Assembly: GCA_050952625.1 (NCBI GenBank)
Contig: JBMNLH010000001.1
Span: forward strand, 288,001-352,000
Direction of reading: 5' to 3'
Length of the DNA stretch: 64,000 bases
Source of the DNA: Bacillota bacterium
Lineage (GTDB): Bacteria; Bacillota; Ch66; Ch109
Of this stretch, positions 29,600-39,109 are shown one piece after another (positions within the stretch are counted from its first letter, which is position 1; each line of letters opens with the position of its first letter). The notes beneath the pieces were generated by a model, which saw only the letters and a program-made list of their open reading frames with translations, did not search any database and had not been told where the DNA came from. The position numbers and the translations under genes were made by a program.

Positions 29600-30297
29600 T
29601 TGAAAAGATTCTCAAGGGGTATAATTTGCAGATAATTCTGCCAAAACAAAAGAAAACGATTTTAAATATTCCCGAGTTTCATTTGGATTCTGGCGAAATT
29701 CTAGCTTTAGTTGGCCCGAATGGGGCCGGCAAGAGCACTTTGATTAAGGTGCTGGCTTTGCTTAGTTTTCCTTCACCCGAAGGGTATATCGAGTTTCGAG
29801 GGGAAAGAGTCACCAAGCATCAGGTGCTGAGCCTGAGACGCCGGATGGCGGTGGTATTTCAAGAGCCGTTACTGTTGGATACAACTGTCTTTGAGAATGT
29901 GGCGGTCGGTTTAAAGATTCGCGGGGTTTCGGCCCAGTCAATCAAACCGCGGGTTAATGAATGGCTGGAACGGCTAGGGATAGCCCATTTAGCCCGCCGT
30001 TCTTCCCGCTATCTCTCCGGCGGCGAGGCCCAAAGAGTCAGTTTGGCACGAGCCTTTGTCTTGGAGCCTGAGGTTTTGTTTTTAGACGAACCTTTTTCTT
30101 CATTAGATACACCGACTCGAGTTTTGCTGATTAAGGAGCTAAAAGAGTTGCTCCTTGCCACTAAAGTCTCGACAGTAATGGTAAGTCATAATTACGCGGA
30201 GGTACAATCCCTGGCCGATCGGGTTCTGGTAATGCAGGATGGCCAGGTAATTAATCAGGGGAAACCGGATAGCATTTTTACGCAGCCCCTCTTTTAA
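29596..30297 (+). CDS. tupC: Tungstate ABC transporter ATP-binding protein
   Basis: GPNGAGKST, LSGGEAQR and FLDEPF motifs; operon context. Confidence 0.85.
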   Translation: MIEKILKGYNLQIILPKQKKTILNIPEFHLDSGEILALVGPNGAGKSTLIKVLALLSFPSPEGYIEFRGERVTKHQVLSLRRRMAVVFQEPLLLDTTVFENVAVGLKIRGVSAQSIKPRVNEWLERLGIAHLARRSSRYLSGGEAQRVSLARAFVLEPEVLFLDEPFSSLDTPTRVLLIKELKELLLATKVSTVMVSHNYAEVQSLADRVLVMQDGQVINQGKPDSIFTQPLF

Positions 30298-30492
30298 AAC
30301 CAAATCCCAACCCTTTTCTTCCCCCTGTTATGGGGGTTTTTTATTTCCGTAGCCTATTCACTAGGTTAATAAAACAACTGAACACTACTTTAAAGTAGTT
30401 ATATATTGTTATAAATAAGTTATTTTTTTCAACTCATTTTGGAGGATTTTGTAATCTCTCGTCGTATTTAAGTTTATCAGGGATGAGTAAAC

Positions 30493-30586
30493 CTACTAAC
30501 CGCTCATGCCCTCCAGGCGTACCCACTAATGAAAACGGACAGCTTTTTGTCGGGGGTTGTGTCCTTGGGGCATGGGTGGTTAGTAG
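30493..30586. repeat. Full inverted-repeat copy of family B element
   Basis: ctactaaccgctcatgccct ... ggggcatgggtggttagtag arms. Confidence 0.8.
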
Positions 30587-30646
30587 TAAATTAAAGGTAA
30601 TCGGGACATAAAGGTGACTAAGTGTAGTTGAAATGGGAGCGAAAGC

Positions 30647-31360
30647 ATGTTTTCGATTGAACGCCGTTATCAGGTTCTAATTCTGCTTCTTTTGGCCGGG
30701 CTTTTATTCGGGGGTGGGGTTAAGTACGCCCAACACTTCCTAAATCCGTCTGGGACAGTCGTAATTGAGGCTAACGGATTGACCGGCAACCAAGCAATGC
30801 AGACTAGTTCATCTAGCAGCGATTCGGTTTCTGCCGGTAAATCGGTCACTACGGGGGATCCAGAATTGGTACCCTCCTTAATTTATGTTCATGTAGTGGG
30901 GGCAGTGGAGAAACCTGGTTACTATCAATTGCTTGCCGGGGCTAGAGTTTTTGAGGCTGTAGAAAAAGCGATTCCTCTGCCTGAGGCAGATCTTCAGGCG
31001 ATTAATTTAGCGCAGATTTTATCGGACGAGCAACAGGTCTATGTTCCGAAAGCAGGCGAGTTTGCTGCGGGAGTGCCGGTTGGAGTAAGCGGTGGAACAG
31101 GAGTAAGCAGTGCTACAGCCCTAAATGCGTCAAGCAGTTTCGGGACTGCCGGGGGTTCAGCCGGCAAAGTTAATCTAAATACTGCTTCGGTTCAAGAGCT
31201 GGATGCTCAATTACCCGGGATTGGTCCAACCCTGGCCCAGCGTATTGTGGATTATCGGCAGCAACATGGCGGGTTTCGCAGCATCGAAGATATAAAAAAC
31301 GTCAGCGGCATTGGCGAAAAACGGTACGCCGAGCTTAAGGATCGGCTAACGGTTCATTAA
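30647..31360 (+). CDS. comEA: Competence DNA-binding protein ComEA
   Basis: TM anchor, SLBB domain (VHVVGAVEKPG) and HhH (VNLNTAS...LPGIGPTLAQRIVDYR...VSGIG). Confidence 0.93.
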   Translation: MFSIERRYQVLILLLLAGLLFGGGVKYAQHFLNPSGTVVIEANGLTGNQAMQTSSSSSDSVSAGKSVTTGDPELVPSLIYVHVVGAVEKPGYYQLLAGARVFEAVEKAIPLPEADLQAINLAQILSDEQQVYVPKAGEFAAGVPVGVSGGTGVSSATALNASSSFGTAGGSAGKVNLNTASVQELDAQLPGIGPTLAQRIVDYRQQHGGFRSIEDIKNVSGIGEKRYAELKDRLTVH

Positions 31361-31369
31361 GACGAGTGC

Positions 31370-31470
31370 TCCTTTGGTCACCTGAACATTGAGGCTTCAG
31401 ATGGAGAATTTACTTGACCCGAGGTTTAGACAAGGTAACCCCGCTTATAGAAGTGGGGGTCTTTTATTCA
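31370..31470. repeat. Family C repeat copy with CCCCGCTT-ATAG-AAGTGGGG hairpin
   Basis: aggcttcagatggaga shared with 13931-13998 and the reverse complement of 49200-49270. Confidence 0.6.
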
Positions 31471-31598
31471 GATAAAACCTGAGCCCTCCATAAGGAGCGG
31501 TATGGGAAAGAAAAAACTTTTATAATTATTTCATTAAATGAATCTAATTAAGGCCTATAGAATATCGTTCAAACTGTTTTAAAAAATTTGTTGAGGCG

Positions 31599-34040
31599 AT
31601 GCACGTGGCCAACCCTATGGTACTGATTACTTTCGCCTTTATCCTGGGCATTATTCTCGGCCAGTATTTGAACGGACCGCCTTGGGCTTTCGGTATCCCG
31701 GCCTTAATCGCCGGCGTAATCACACTTGTGAAAATTAAGCAAAGATCTAAATTCTCAACCGAAGTCCTATTACTGTTCGCAGTTAGCTTAGGGGCTTTTT
31801 GGCTGAGTTTAGCCCAGGGACCTGGCTCTCAATTAGCCCAGCAGACTGGGACCTACTTGGATTTGACTGGTCGGGTGGCTGAGGAGGGGCGGGTCTATGA
31901 AAATCGGGAAACCTATCTGCTGCAGGTCCAAGAATTGCTTTTGCCGGAGGGTAATCAGGTAGCGTTAAGCGAGCCGGTTTTATTGACCATTTATCTTGAT
32001 CGCCTGGCTGAGTCTCAGCCGGTAACCGTGGGAGCTTCCCCCAGTTTGGCATATGGCGATGTATTGCGGGTTCACGGGCAATTGGAATTACCTAAAGGAC
32101 CCCGGAATCCAGGAGAATTCGATTACCGAGCTTATCTGCTCCGACGGGGTGTTCATACTCAAATTGCGGTATATCCTAGTGATGTAGTACGGTTAACGTC
32201 CGGACAGGGAAACCCGATGTTGCGGTGGGTGCTTAGTCTAAAATCCCGAGTCAAGCAGGAGATGGTCCAGGTTATACCGCCGGAACAAACGAAAATTCTG
32301 CAGGCTCTGCTATTCGGCGATCAGACTGGCTTATCTCCAGAAGATCGGGAGCAATACCAGCGGACTGGTCTAATCCATATTTTTTCTGTGTCTGGCTTTC
32401 ACGTCGGCTTTGTCCTGCTGTTTGCCTTATTTCTGGGTCAAATCGCTAGACTTTCTCCTAAAGGACAATTCTGGCTGGCCCTGGCGGTGATGTTCTTTTT
32501 TGCCGCCCTGGCCGGTTTTCAAACCCCAGTAATGCGGGCGACGATCATGGCCGTAATTGGCCTGGCGGGGCATCTCTGGCGTCGAGAACAAGACCTGGTC
32601 AATAGCCTGGCGGTTGCCGCTCTGGTTCTGCTTCTGTGGAATCCCCAGTGGCTGTTTGAGGCCGGGTTTCAGCTTTCTTTTTTGGCCACCTGGGGGATTG
32701 TCTACCTTTACCCACGGTTGGACGCCCAGATGACGCGCTGGGCTGCTTGGCGCGGTCTGGTGCTGGTGCCCTTGTGCGCTCAACTGGCGGTAATTCCCTT
32801 GGTCGCCTATTACTTCAATCAGGTTTCGGTTATCAGTCTGGTGAGCAATGTGCTGCTGGCTGGTTTAGTTGGCGTCGTGATCCTGATGGCTTTTTTTGCT
32901 TTCCTCCTGGTCTTCATTTTTCCTTTAGCTGGCCAAACTCTATTTTTGGCGGATGGAGCTCTGATTGGTTTGGTTACCAAGTTGGTAACATTTTTAAGTT
33001 TAGTACCCGGAGCAGCTTTTTATATCGGAACGCCATCAATCTGGCTCATGCTTAGTTATTATTTTTTATTGGTTGCCTGGGGAGAAGGCTGGTTAAAACC
33101 AGCGTGGTATCGAGTGCGCGATTACGCCGTTTTTTATTTTAGCCGCTTCAGCCGTTCTAAATTAGTACCCCCAGTTTGTTTGATATTAGTGGTCGGCTTA
33201 GCGGCCGGTTGGTACTTCAGGCCGGCGGCTCCTCTCCGCGTAGTCTTTTTGGATGTGGGACAGGGAGATAGCATCTTGATTGAAACCCCAGCCGGTAAGA
33301 GAATTTTAGTGGATGGCGGCGGCAACCCGGCATTCACCCCGGTTCAGAGCGCCTTCGATGTCGGCCGCCAGGTGGTGGTGCCCTATCTGCGTCGGGAAGG
33401 GATAGATAAACTGGATGTCGTAGTAAATACGCATCCGGATAGCGATCATCTCCAGGGGTTGTCAGCAGTTCTGGAGGCAATACCGGTTTCCTTGGTCCTG
33501 AGTGCTCCAGTTGAGGAGACCTCAGCCCTCTGGCAGGAGTTTTATCAACAGGCCCAGGCTTTAGGGGTGCCCGTAGTGGGGGCTAAGCGGGGCATGTCGT
33601 TAAACCTTGACCCGGCTGTCTTGATCGAGGTACTGCACCCGGGAACGCTCCTTGCCGGTACCCGCAGCGATGTTAATAACAATTCCGTGGTCCTGCGAAT
33701 CAAGCACGGTCAAAACGCTCTGCTTTTAACCGGTGATCTGGAAGCCGAGGGAATGCAGGACCTGCGTCAGGCCGGGGTGGAACTGCGCAGTCAGGTCTAT
33801 AAGGTACCGCATCATGGGAGCCGGTATTCGCTGGACCCTCAGTTTTTCGCCGCGGTTGATCCTCAGGTAACCGTGATCAGTGTAGGAAAAAACAATTTCG
33901 GTCACCCGGACCCGGCTGTCCTGGAAGCCTGTCAGGAGGGAGCCCGGCCTTTGTTTCGAACCGATCAGCACGGCGCGATAACCGTGGAAAGTGATGGGCA
34001 ACGGCTGAAAGTAATGCCGTTTATACGAACTCAGGATTAA
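31599..34040 (+). CDS. comEC: DNA internalization competence protein ComEC/Rec2
   Basis: NPGEFDY, HIFSVSGFHV and GFQLSF motifs; beta-lactamase-fold DVGQGD, THPDSDH and VPHHGS. Confidence 0.95.
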   Translation: MHVANPMVLITFAFILGIILGQYLNGPPWAFGIPALIAGVITLVKIKQRSKFSTEVLLLFAVSLGAFWLSLAQGPGSQLAQQTGTYLDLTGRVAEEGRVYENRETYLLQVQELLLPEGNQVALSEPVLLTIYLDRLAESQPVTVGASPSLAYGDVLRVHGQLELPKGPRNPGEFDYRAYLLRRGVHTQIAVYPSDVVRLTSGQGNPMLRWVLSLKSRVKQEMVQVIPPEQTKILQALLFGDQTGLSPEDREQYQRTGLIHIFSVSGFHVGFVLLFALFLGQIARLSPKGQFWLALAVMFFFAALAGFQTPVMRATIMAVIGLAGHLWRREQDLVNSLAVAALVLLLWNPQWLFEAGFQLSFLATWGIVYLYPRLDAQMTRWAAWRGLVLVPLCAQLAVIPLVAYYFNQVSVISLVSNVLLAGLVGVVILMAFFAFLLVFIFPLAGQTLFLADGALIGLVTKLVTFLSLVPGAAFYIGTPSIWLMLSYYFLLVAWGEGWLKPAWYRVRDYAVFYFSRFSRSKLVPPVCLILVVGLAAGWYFRPAAPLRVVFLDVGQGDSILIETPAGKRILVDGGGNPAFTPVQSAFDVGRQVVVPYLRREGIDKLDVVVNTHPDSDHLQGLSAVLEAIPVSLVLSAPVEETSALWQEFYQQAQALGVPVVGAKRGMSLNLDPAVLIEVLHPGTLLAGTRSDVNNNSVVLRIKHGQNALLLTGDLEAEGMQDLRQAGVELRSQVYKVPHHGSRYSLDPQFFAAVDPQVTVISVGKNNFGHPDPAVLEACQEGARPLFRTDQHGAITVESDGQRLKVMPFIRTQD

Positions 34041-34066
34041 CCACAAAAATAATGTAGCCAAAAGGA

Positions 34067-34092
34067 AGCCGGGATTAACAGGAACCCCGGCT
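34067..34092. terminator. Hairpin between convergent comEC and BKACE genes
   Basis: agccggg/cccggct stem. Confidence 0.5.
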
Positions 34093-34113
34093 GTTGCTTG
34101 ACTTGCTTAGTCT

Positions 34114-35127
34114 TTATTTGGTTGGTAGACCGATCATCTGGCGGTATTCGTTGGGGGTAGCCAAGTCGCGTCCCAGGAGTTCGACCAACTGCTTAAAGCT
34201 TTTGAAATGCTCTGCGTTATTAGTTATCTTGTCGTTGCGATGCGGCCACTTCCAGACGGTGTCCTCCATCCCAACTCGGATATGCAGTCCCAGCAGGACT
34301 GCGAAGGTTGCCAGGTAGCTAGAGGCTCGACCCGCGGCACAGACGATGATGACTGATTTGTCGTCGATTTCCATGATTCGATTATACATGTGCATCAAGC
34401 CCTCGACCATGGCCTTGGGATTCTGCATGGGGCTGCCGCCTGGGAGAGTGGGTAAAATAATCCAGTGGTAGGGTTTCTGCAAGAGACCAGTTTTGATCAG
34501 GTAGCGATCAGCGTTGTCAATATCCCCGTCGGAGTAAATGGCAATTTGGGGTTTACAGCCTAATTCTTGAACAATCCGCGTTTTTTCAATCATGACATGC
34601 GGCGGCTTGACGAATAAGGTATCACCACAGTAGGCAGCCACCGTATTAATAGGAGTAACATCCAACAGCTTGTCCTTCAATACCTCAAGCATATTCGCCC
34701 ATTCGCCGTCCAGGAACGGAACCATGCACCCGTCGAATACTGTTTGAGGGAACTCTTTTTTCAGGGGATCGATGACACGGTGGAATAATTCTGGATCCAA
34801 AACGTTGTAGCCGTCTTTATCACGGACGTGGATGTGGACGATCGGCGAACCCGCCAGGCAAGCTTCGCGGGCTGATTGATAAATTTCATCCGGCGTCTGC
34901 GGGTGGCTGGGATTTCCCCGTTTGCTGTAAAAAGCACCGGTAATGGTGGTCGAAATCGCGATTTTCTGGGGGATGTTCCAGGCTGGCTGAACTTCGATCC
35001 CTGTGGCATACGCAGTGTTGACCGGATCGACGATTTCTGGCAATCCGTAAGGAATCCAAATCGTCTTGAATTCTTCTTTTTTCTTCCACTCATCAATATA
35101 GGCCCAGTTAACCTTATCCACTGTCAT
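34114..35127 (-). CDS. BKACE / DUF849 beta-keto acid cleavage enzyme (Kce-like)
   Basis: ISTTITGA...PSHPQTPDEI...AGSPIVHIHVRD and GLHIRVGMED motifs; SD GGAGGTG. Confidence 0.9.
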   Translation of the reverse strand: MTVDKVNWAYIDEWKKKEEFKTIWIPYGLPEIVDPVNTAYATGIEVQPAWNIPQKIAISTTITGAFYSKRGNPSHPQTPDEIYQSAREACLAGSPIVHIHVRDKDGYNVLDPELFHRVIDPLKKEFPQTVFDGCMVPFLDGEWANMLEVLKDKLLDVTPINTVAAYCGDTLFVKPPHVMIEKTRIVQELGCKPQIAIYSDGDIDNADRYLIKTGLLQKPYHWIILPTLPGGSPMQNPKAMVEGLMHMYNRIMEIDDKSVIIVCAAGRASSYLATFAVLLGLHIRVGMEDTVWKWPHRNDKITNNAEHFKSFKQLVELLGRDLATPNEYRQMIGLPTK

Positions 35128-35185
35128 TTCGACACCTCCATTATATTATATAGTTTTTGTGAAAGACAATGAGATTAATAATGAA

Positions 35186-35332
35186 CGCGACCTGCCTAAC
35201 GGGATCAAGCATTTTTAGGCCTGGAAGTATGGCCTTGGTTTCTTCTTTGGCGTAGTCAATAGTATAACTGCCTAGTTAATTCTGCAATTAGATCCCGTCA
35301 TGATGGCTCCTTTTTCTTTAAAGGTTTTCCGT
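35186..35332 (-). pseudogene. Decayed N-terminal fragment of a short-chain dehydrogenase/reductase
   Basis: Minus-strand translation FKEKGAIMTGSNCRIN*AV then, after a frameshift, TIDYAKEETKAILPGLKM; resembles the SDR start KVAIVTGxxxGIGxAxAxxFAKEGAKV. G-rich SD upstream, start degraded to ACG. Confidence 0.55.
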
Positions 35333-35435
35333 ATCTTCCCCCCTTTTTGTAAATGATTTTGGGACAAGCCCAGCTCAGCATATAGTAGTCAATTCAATTA
35401 TAAGTGGCATTTAAAATCTAACGCTGTTTAAGATG

Positions 35436-35540
35436 TACTTAATATTTAAGTATTACTTATATATTAAGACAAATTTAAGTGGGAGTCAACACTTTTTCCG
35501 GTTAATCTGATATATTTATATCTAGCCTTAATGTTTAAGG
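35436..35540. promoter_or_regulatory. Divergent promoter region with three CTTAW-N3-TTAAG palindromes (candidate XRE operators)
   Basis: TACTTAA-TAT-TTAAGTA 35436-52, CTTAT-ATA-TTAAG 35456-68, CCTTAA-TGT-TTAAGG 35526-40; minus-strand TTGACT(35489-84)-17-TAATAT(35466-61). Confidence 0.6.
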
Positions 35541-35685
35541 GAGTAGTGAAAACGGATAACCCTAGGAGAATAGGTATTTACGCGAGGCACATTTTTTGCT
35601 ATCTTTATTAAATTAAAGGCCTAACTTAGTAGTAATAATAAAGATAGATTTGATTTTTAGTTATTATAAAATTGGAGTTGATTTG

Positions 35686-36261
35686 ATGAGCAAAAATGAA
35701 AACCTCTGGACGTTGGGACATAAATTGAATAATTTTCGACTGAAAAAAGGTTACACTTTGCAGGAGGTAGCAGACGCCCTAGGGATTACCGCCTCTTTCT
35801 TAAGCATGGTCGAAAATGGCCGAAGCGGAATCGGCTTTTCCAAATTGCAAAAACTACTGGCCTTTTACGGCTTAACCCTTGCGGACCTGGCGGATAAGGA
35901 AGATCAGCATGGGAGAGTGGTTAAACTCAGTCAAGCGGCGGTCTTGGGTTACGAAATTGAAGGCGTTGAAGCACGTTTGCTAGTGGACCGCAGGAATAAC
36001 TATAATATCGAACCGATTTATTTTCGAGTCCAGCCGGGTGCCAGTATTGGGTATATGCAACATCAAGGTGAAGAGTTCGGTTTTGTCGTTGAAGGCATGT
36101 TTGAGGTGTCACTTATTGACCTTGAAACTGGTAATGAAGAAAAATATATATTAGAAAAAGGAGATACAATTTATTATCCTAGCACTGTCCAGCACAAGTG
36201 GACGAATGTTTTTAGCAAAATTTCCATATTCTTAGCAGCCGTGACTCCACCAACTTTTTAA
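35686..36261 (+). CDS. XRE HTH + cupin transcriptional regulator
   Basis: RLKKGYTLQEVA...SFLSMVENG HTH; cupin HQGEEFGFV...GDTIYY...H; likely start ATG 35686 after GGAG. Confidence 0.9.
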   Translation: MSKNENLWTLGHKLNNFRLKKGYTLQEVADALGITASFLSMVENGRSGIGFSKLQKLLAFYGLTLADLADKEDQHGRVVKLSQAAVLGYEIEGVEARLLVDRRNNYNIEPIYFRVQPGASIGYMQHQGEEFGFVVEGMFEVSLIDLETGNEEKYILEKGDTIYYPSTVQHKWTNVFSKISIFLAAVTPPTF

Positions 36262-36327
36262 TCAGACATTTGAAAGCAGCTAGGGTATTGCTTAGCCTTT
36301 AACCCTTTGCGTTAGAAAAAAGGACAG

Positions 36328-37510
36328 GTGTCAGTTAAGATGGAACGACCAGCTTCCAGTCGAAATAAAAAAAGCAGCGGAACCAATGAGGCCAATTCGG
36401 CCCAGGTGCTGGAGCAAATAAAACGGCGGCAGTTTCGCCCGGTGTACCTGTTTTTTGGCCCGGAAAGATACTTGCTGGATGAATTGGCAGCCGCCTTGAA
36501 AGTAGCCTTAGCCGATGAGGTTAATGCCGGGTTTGATTACGATCTGCTGGATGGAGAAACTTCTTCCCTATCAGCCGTATTAAACCTGGCCAATACTCCA
36601 CCTTGGCTGGCGGAAAGGCGGCTGGTGCTGGTGAAAAATGCGCCTTGGTTTAGGGGGAATAAAAAAAGCAAAGCAGACAACGAAGAAACGGACTCAGCCT
36701 CACCATCAACGTTCGTTGAACCAGCGGGAACCGGGGCTTCAACTAAACGGAAAGCAGCCGAAGGGAAGGATAGTGGTGAGGAGGCGGCCTTCCTGAACTA
36801 TTTAAAAGAACCCAATCCCACCACGGTACTGGTCATGTTGACTGCCGGAGAGGTTGACCGCCGGCGCAAGTTGTTTCGCACCTTGGTTTCAACCGGCACT
36901 GCGGTTGAATGTCGAGAACTGAACGACCGGGAGCGCCGTCCATGGTTAGATCCGTCAAGCCAGGGCTATGGGATTGACTTTAGAATCGGCGGCCCTTGAC
37001 TATTTAATCACCTTTGGCGGAAAAAGCTTGTATGGCTTAATAAATGAACTGGAAAAAATCCGCTTATTTCTCGGGCCAGGGGAAACCAAGGTTTCTCTGG
37101 CCGTTGTTCAGGAGTTATGTTCGAGGAGTGTGGAGGACCGGATCTTTGATATTATGCAGGCCTTTACCGAAAAAAATGCTCCCTTGGCCTTAAGTCGAAT
37201 CCGAGAATTGATTGAAGCCGGCACGCAGCCGCAGCGGATTTTTTTCCTGCTGGTCCGGCATTACCGGATCATGCTGCGGGCTAGGTCCTTGTTGGACCAA
37301 GCTTACTCCGATCAGGAGCTGGCCTCTCGGCTGCAGGTTGACTATCGCCTGGTTTATAAATATATGCGGGAAGCGCGCGGCTTTTCTGAGGCGGAATTGA
37401 CCCAAGGCTTGAAGCAGATGTTGGAGATCGATGTCGCCTTGAAAACTAGTGAAGGAAGCCCTGGCATGTGGCTGGAACTGCTGGTGGCCAAGGCTATGAA
37501 CCGGGGCTAA
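36328..37510 (+). CDS. holA: DNA polymerase III delta subunit, interrupted by a +1 frameshift at ~36948-36949
   Basis: PVYLFFGPERYL, P(W)LAERRLVLVK, NELEKI and IFDI motifs, ending DVALKT. Removing one base in TGGTTAGATCCGT joins WL to IRQARAMGLTLE. Confidence 0.88.
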
Positions 37511-37612
37511 TTGATCAGACTAAAGTATTGAATCGTCACCTTGTTAGTCTCTAGGTGGCCGTTGACTTTTTCGACTTTTTTGCTGATTTTCAGTAGGAAA
37601 ACGGCTTTAATT

Positions 37613-37644
37613 TCATGATCAGAGAATATCATGATCAGAGAATA
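37613..37644. repeat. 16-bp perfect tandem duplication TCATGATCAGAGAATA
   Basis: Copies at 37613 and 37629. Confidence 0.8.
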
Positions 37645-37715
37645 TAATATTACCAGTAATTCTGATGATACTGACCCGGTAAAACAGAAAACTTGCTAAT
37701 TTTTTCAGAAAACTA

Positions 37716-37744
37716 TTGAGCGCATGGTAACAAAATGTTATATT
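37716..37744 (+). promoter_or_regulatory. Putative sigma-A promoter for the riboswitch-pil operon
   Basis: TTGAGC-17-TATATT with extended -10 TG. Confidence 0.5.
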
Positions 37745-37767
37745 ATTTTATATCAAAAAAAGCTTAA

Positions 37768-37850
37768 TATCGACAAAGGCAAACTTTCCGAAAGGAAAGG
37801 GCGCAAAACCACGGGCCTTCTGGATAAACCATGGCAGCCGGGTTGCCTTA
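37768..37850 (+). ncRNA. c-di-GMP-I (GEMM) riboswitch
   Basis: GGCAAAC-TTTCC-GAAA-GGAAA-GGGCGCAAAACC-ACGGGCCT...ATGGCAGCCGGGTTGCC consensus. Confidence 0.92.
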
Positions 37851-37860
37851 GGAGAAAGTT

Positions 37861-37897
37861 ATCCCAAGCTACCGATTAAGGTAATTTGGGATTTTTT
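37861..37897 (+). terminator. Riboswitch expression-platform terminator
   Basis: atcccaagctacc/ggtaatttgggat stem plus T run. Confidence 0.75.
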
Positions 37898-38102
37898 AAT
37901 TAAGATGTGATTGTAGTCACAGACGATCTACATACGTCGCTTCTATTTCAAGCCCGCCTGCATTCAAGATTTTCAGACTTCACCCAAAAACACAAACAGT
38001 CCGCAGGGTGCTTATGCGTAGTATCCATCATTTAACATGGCGAAGGCTGACCGAACAAAACGCAAGGCATTAAACTCTTAAGATTGTGAGCGAGCTCACA
38101 TA

Positions 38103-38861
38103 ATGACAACCTTAAATTTGCTAGTTTTTATCCTGGGGATTTGCGTTGGTAGTTTTCTAAATGTTTGCATTTTTCGCATTCCAGCTGGCAAGTCAGTCAT
38201 GTTCCCATCCTCTTATTGTTATAGCTGTGGTCATAAGCTGGGTTTGCTTGATCTAGTGCCGGTCCTCAATTATTTTTATTTGCGCCGAAAGTGCCGTTGG
38301 TGCGGGGCCGCTTTTACCTGGCAATACCCACTGATTGAATTCATAACCGGGCTTTTGTTTCTCTTGATCTGGCACCGCTATGGTTACTCGTGGGAAACGT
38401 TGACTGGCTGGGTTTTTATTTCCATTTTGATTATTGCGACTGTCATTGATCTAAAGCACCTGATTATCCCAGATAAAGTCACCCTGACCGGGCTTGTCCT
38501 TGGTTTACCGCTAATCGCTCTCCAATCCTGGGCTTCACTAAAAATGGGGATTGTCGCCTTATTAGCTGCTGGCTTTTTGTTCTGGACGATTGTCGTGGTT
38601 TCACGGGGAGGGATGGGCGGCGGTGATGTTAAATTGGCCGCGCTGATGGGACTTTATTTGGGTCCGGTCAATGTCAGCATCGCTCTGTTTCTGGCCTTTT
38701 TAGCCGGTGGAATAGTCGCGATAGTCCTGCTGGCTACAAAACTAAAGAGCCGCAAAGACGTCATTCCTTTTGGCCCTTACCTGGCCTTGGGCGGTCTGAT
38801 TGCGTTTCTTTGGGGTAGTAATATTTGGCACTGGTATTTGGGTTTAAGTGGATTGAATTAG
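38103..38861 (+). CDS. pilD: Type IV prepilin peptidase (A24, PilD/ComC-like)
   Basis: GSFLNVCIFRIP, two CxxC pairs, IDL...IIPD, GMGGGDVKL and IPFGPYL motifs. Confidence 0.93.
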   Translation: MTTLNLLVFILGICVGSFLNVCIFRIPAGKSVMFPSSYCYSCGHKLGLLDLVPVLNYFYLRRKCRWCGAAFTWQYPLIEFITGLLFLLIWHRYGYSWETLTGWVFISILIIATVIDLKHLIIPDKVTLTGLVLGLPLIALQSWASLKMGIVALLAAGFLFWTIVVVSRGGMGGGDVKLAALMGLYLGPVNVSIALFLAFLAGGIVAIVLLATKLKSRKDVIPFGPYLALGGLIAFLWGSNIWHWYLGLSGLN

Positions 38862-39109
38862 GAGGCTGGGGTGCGAAGATTATAGTCTTGGAGGGCAAGG
38901 GGTCAGTCGAAAGTCATCGGGAAAGGAATAAAGAATATAACTATTATGGAGAAATCGATAACGTAAATCTAATTAATTTTGCAAAAAGTACCGATAAATT
39001 AACTGGGTATAAGTACGATTACAGCCCATTATAAGCATGGTAAAGTATGTGCCTATAAAGGGTGATTGGCATAATTGCTTTATTTTTATGTTTCGAGGTA
39101 GGATGCTAA

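Noticed and set aside
30441-30467. Sigma-H promoter for comEA
   Set aside because: AGGA-17-GTAT has a mismatch in the short -10 element; insufficient without transcript data.
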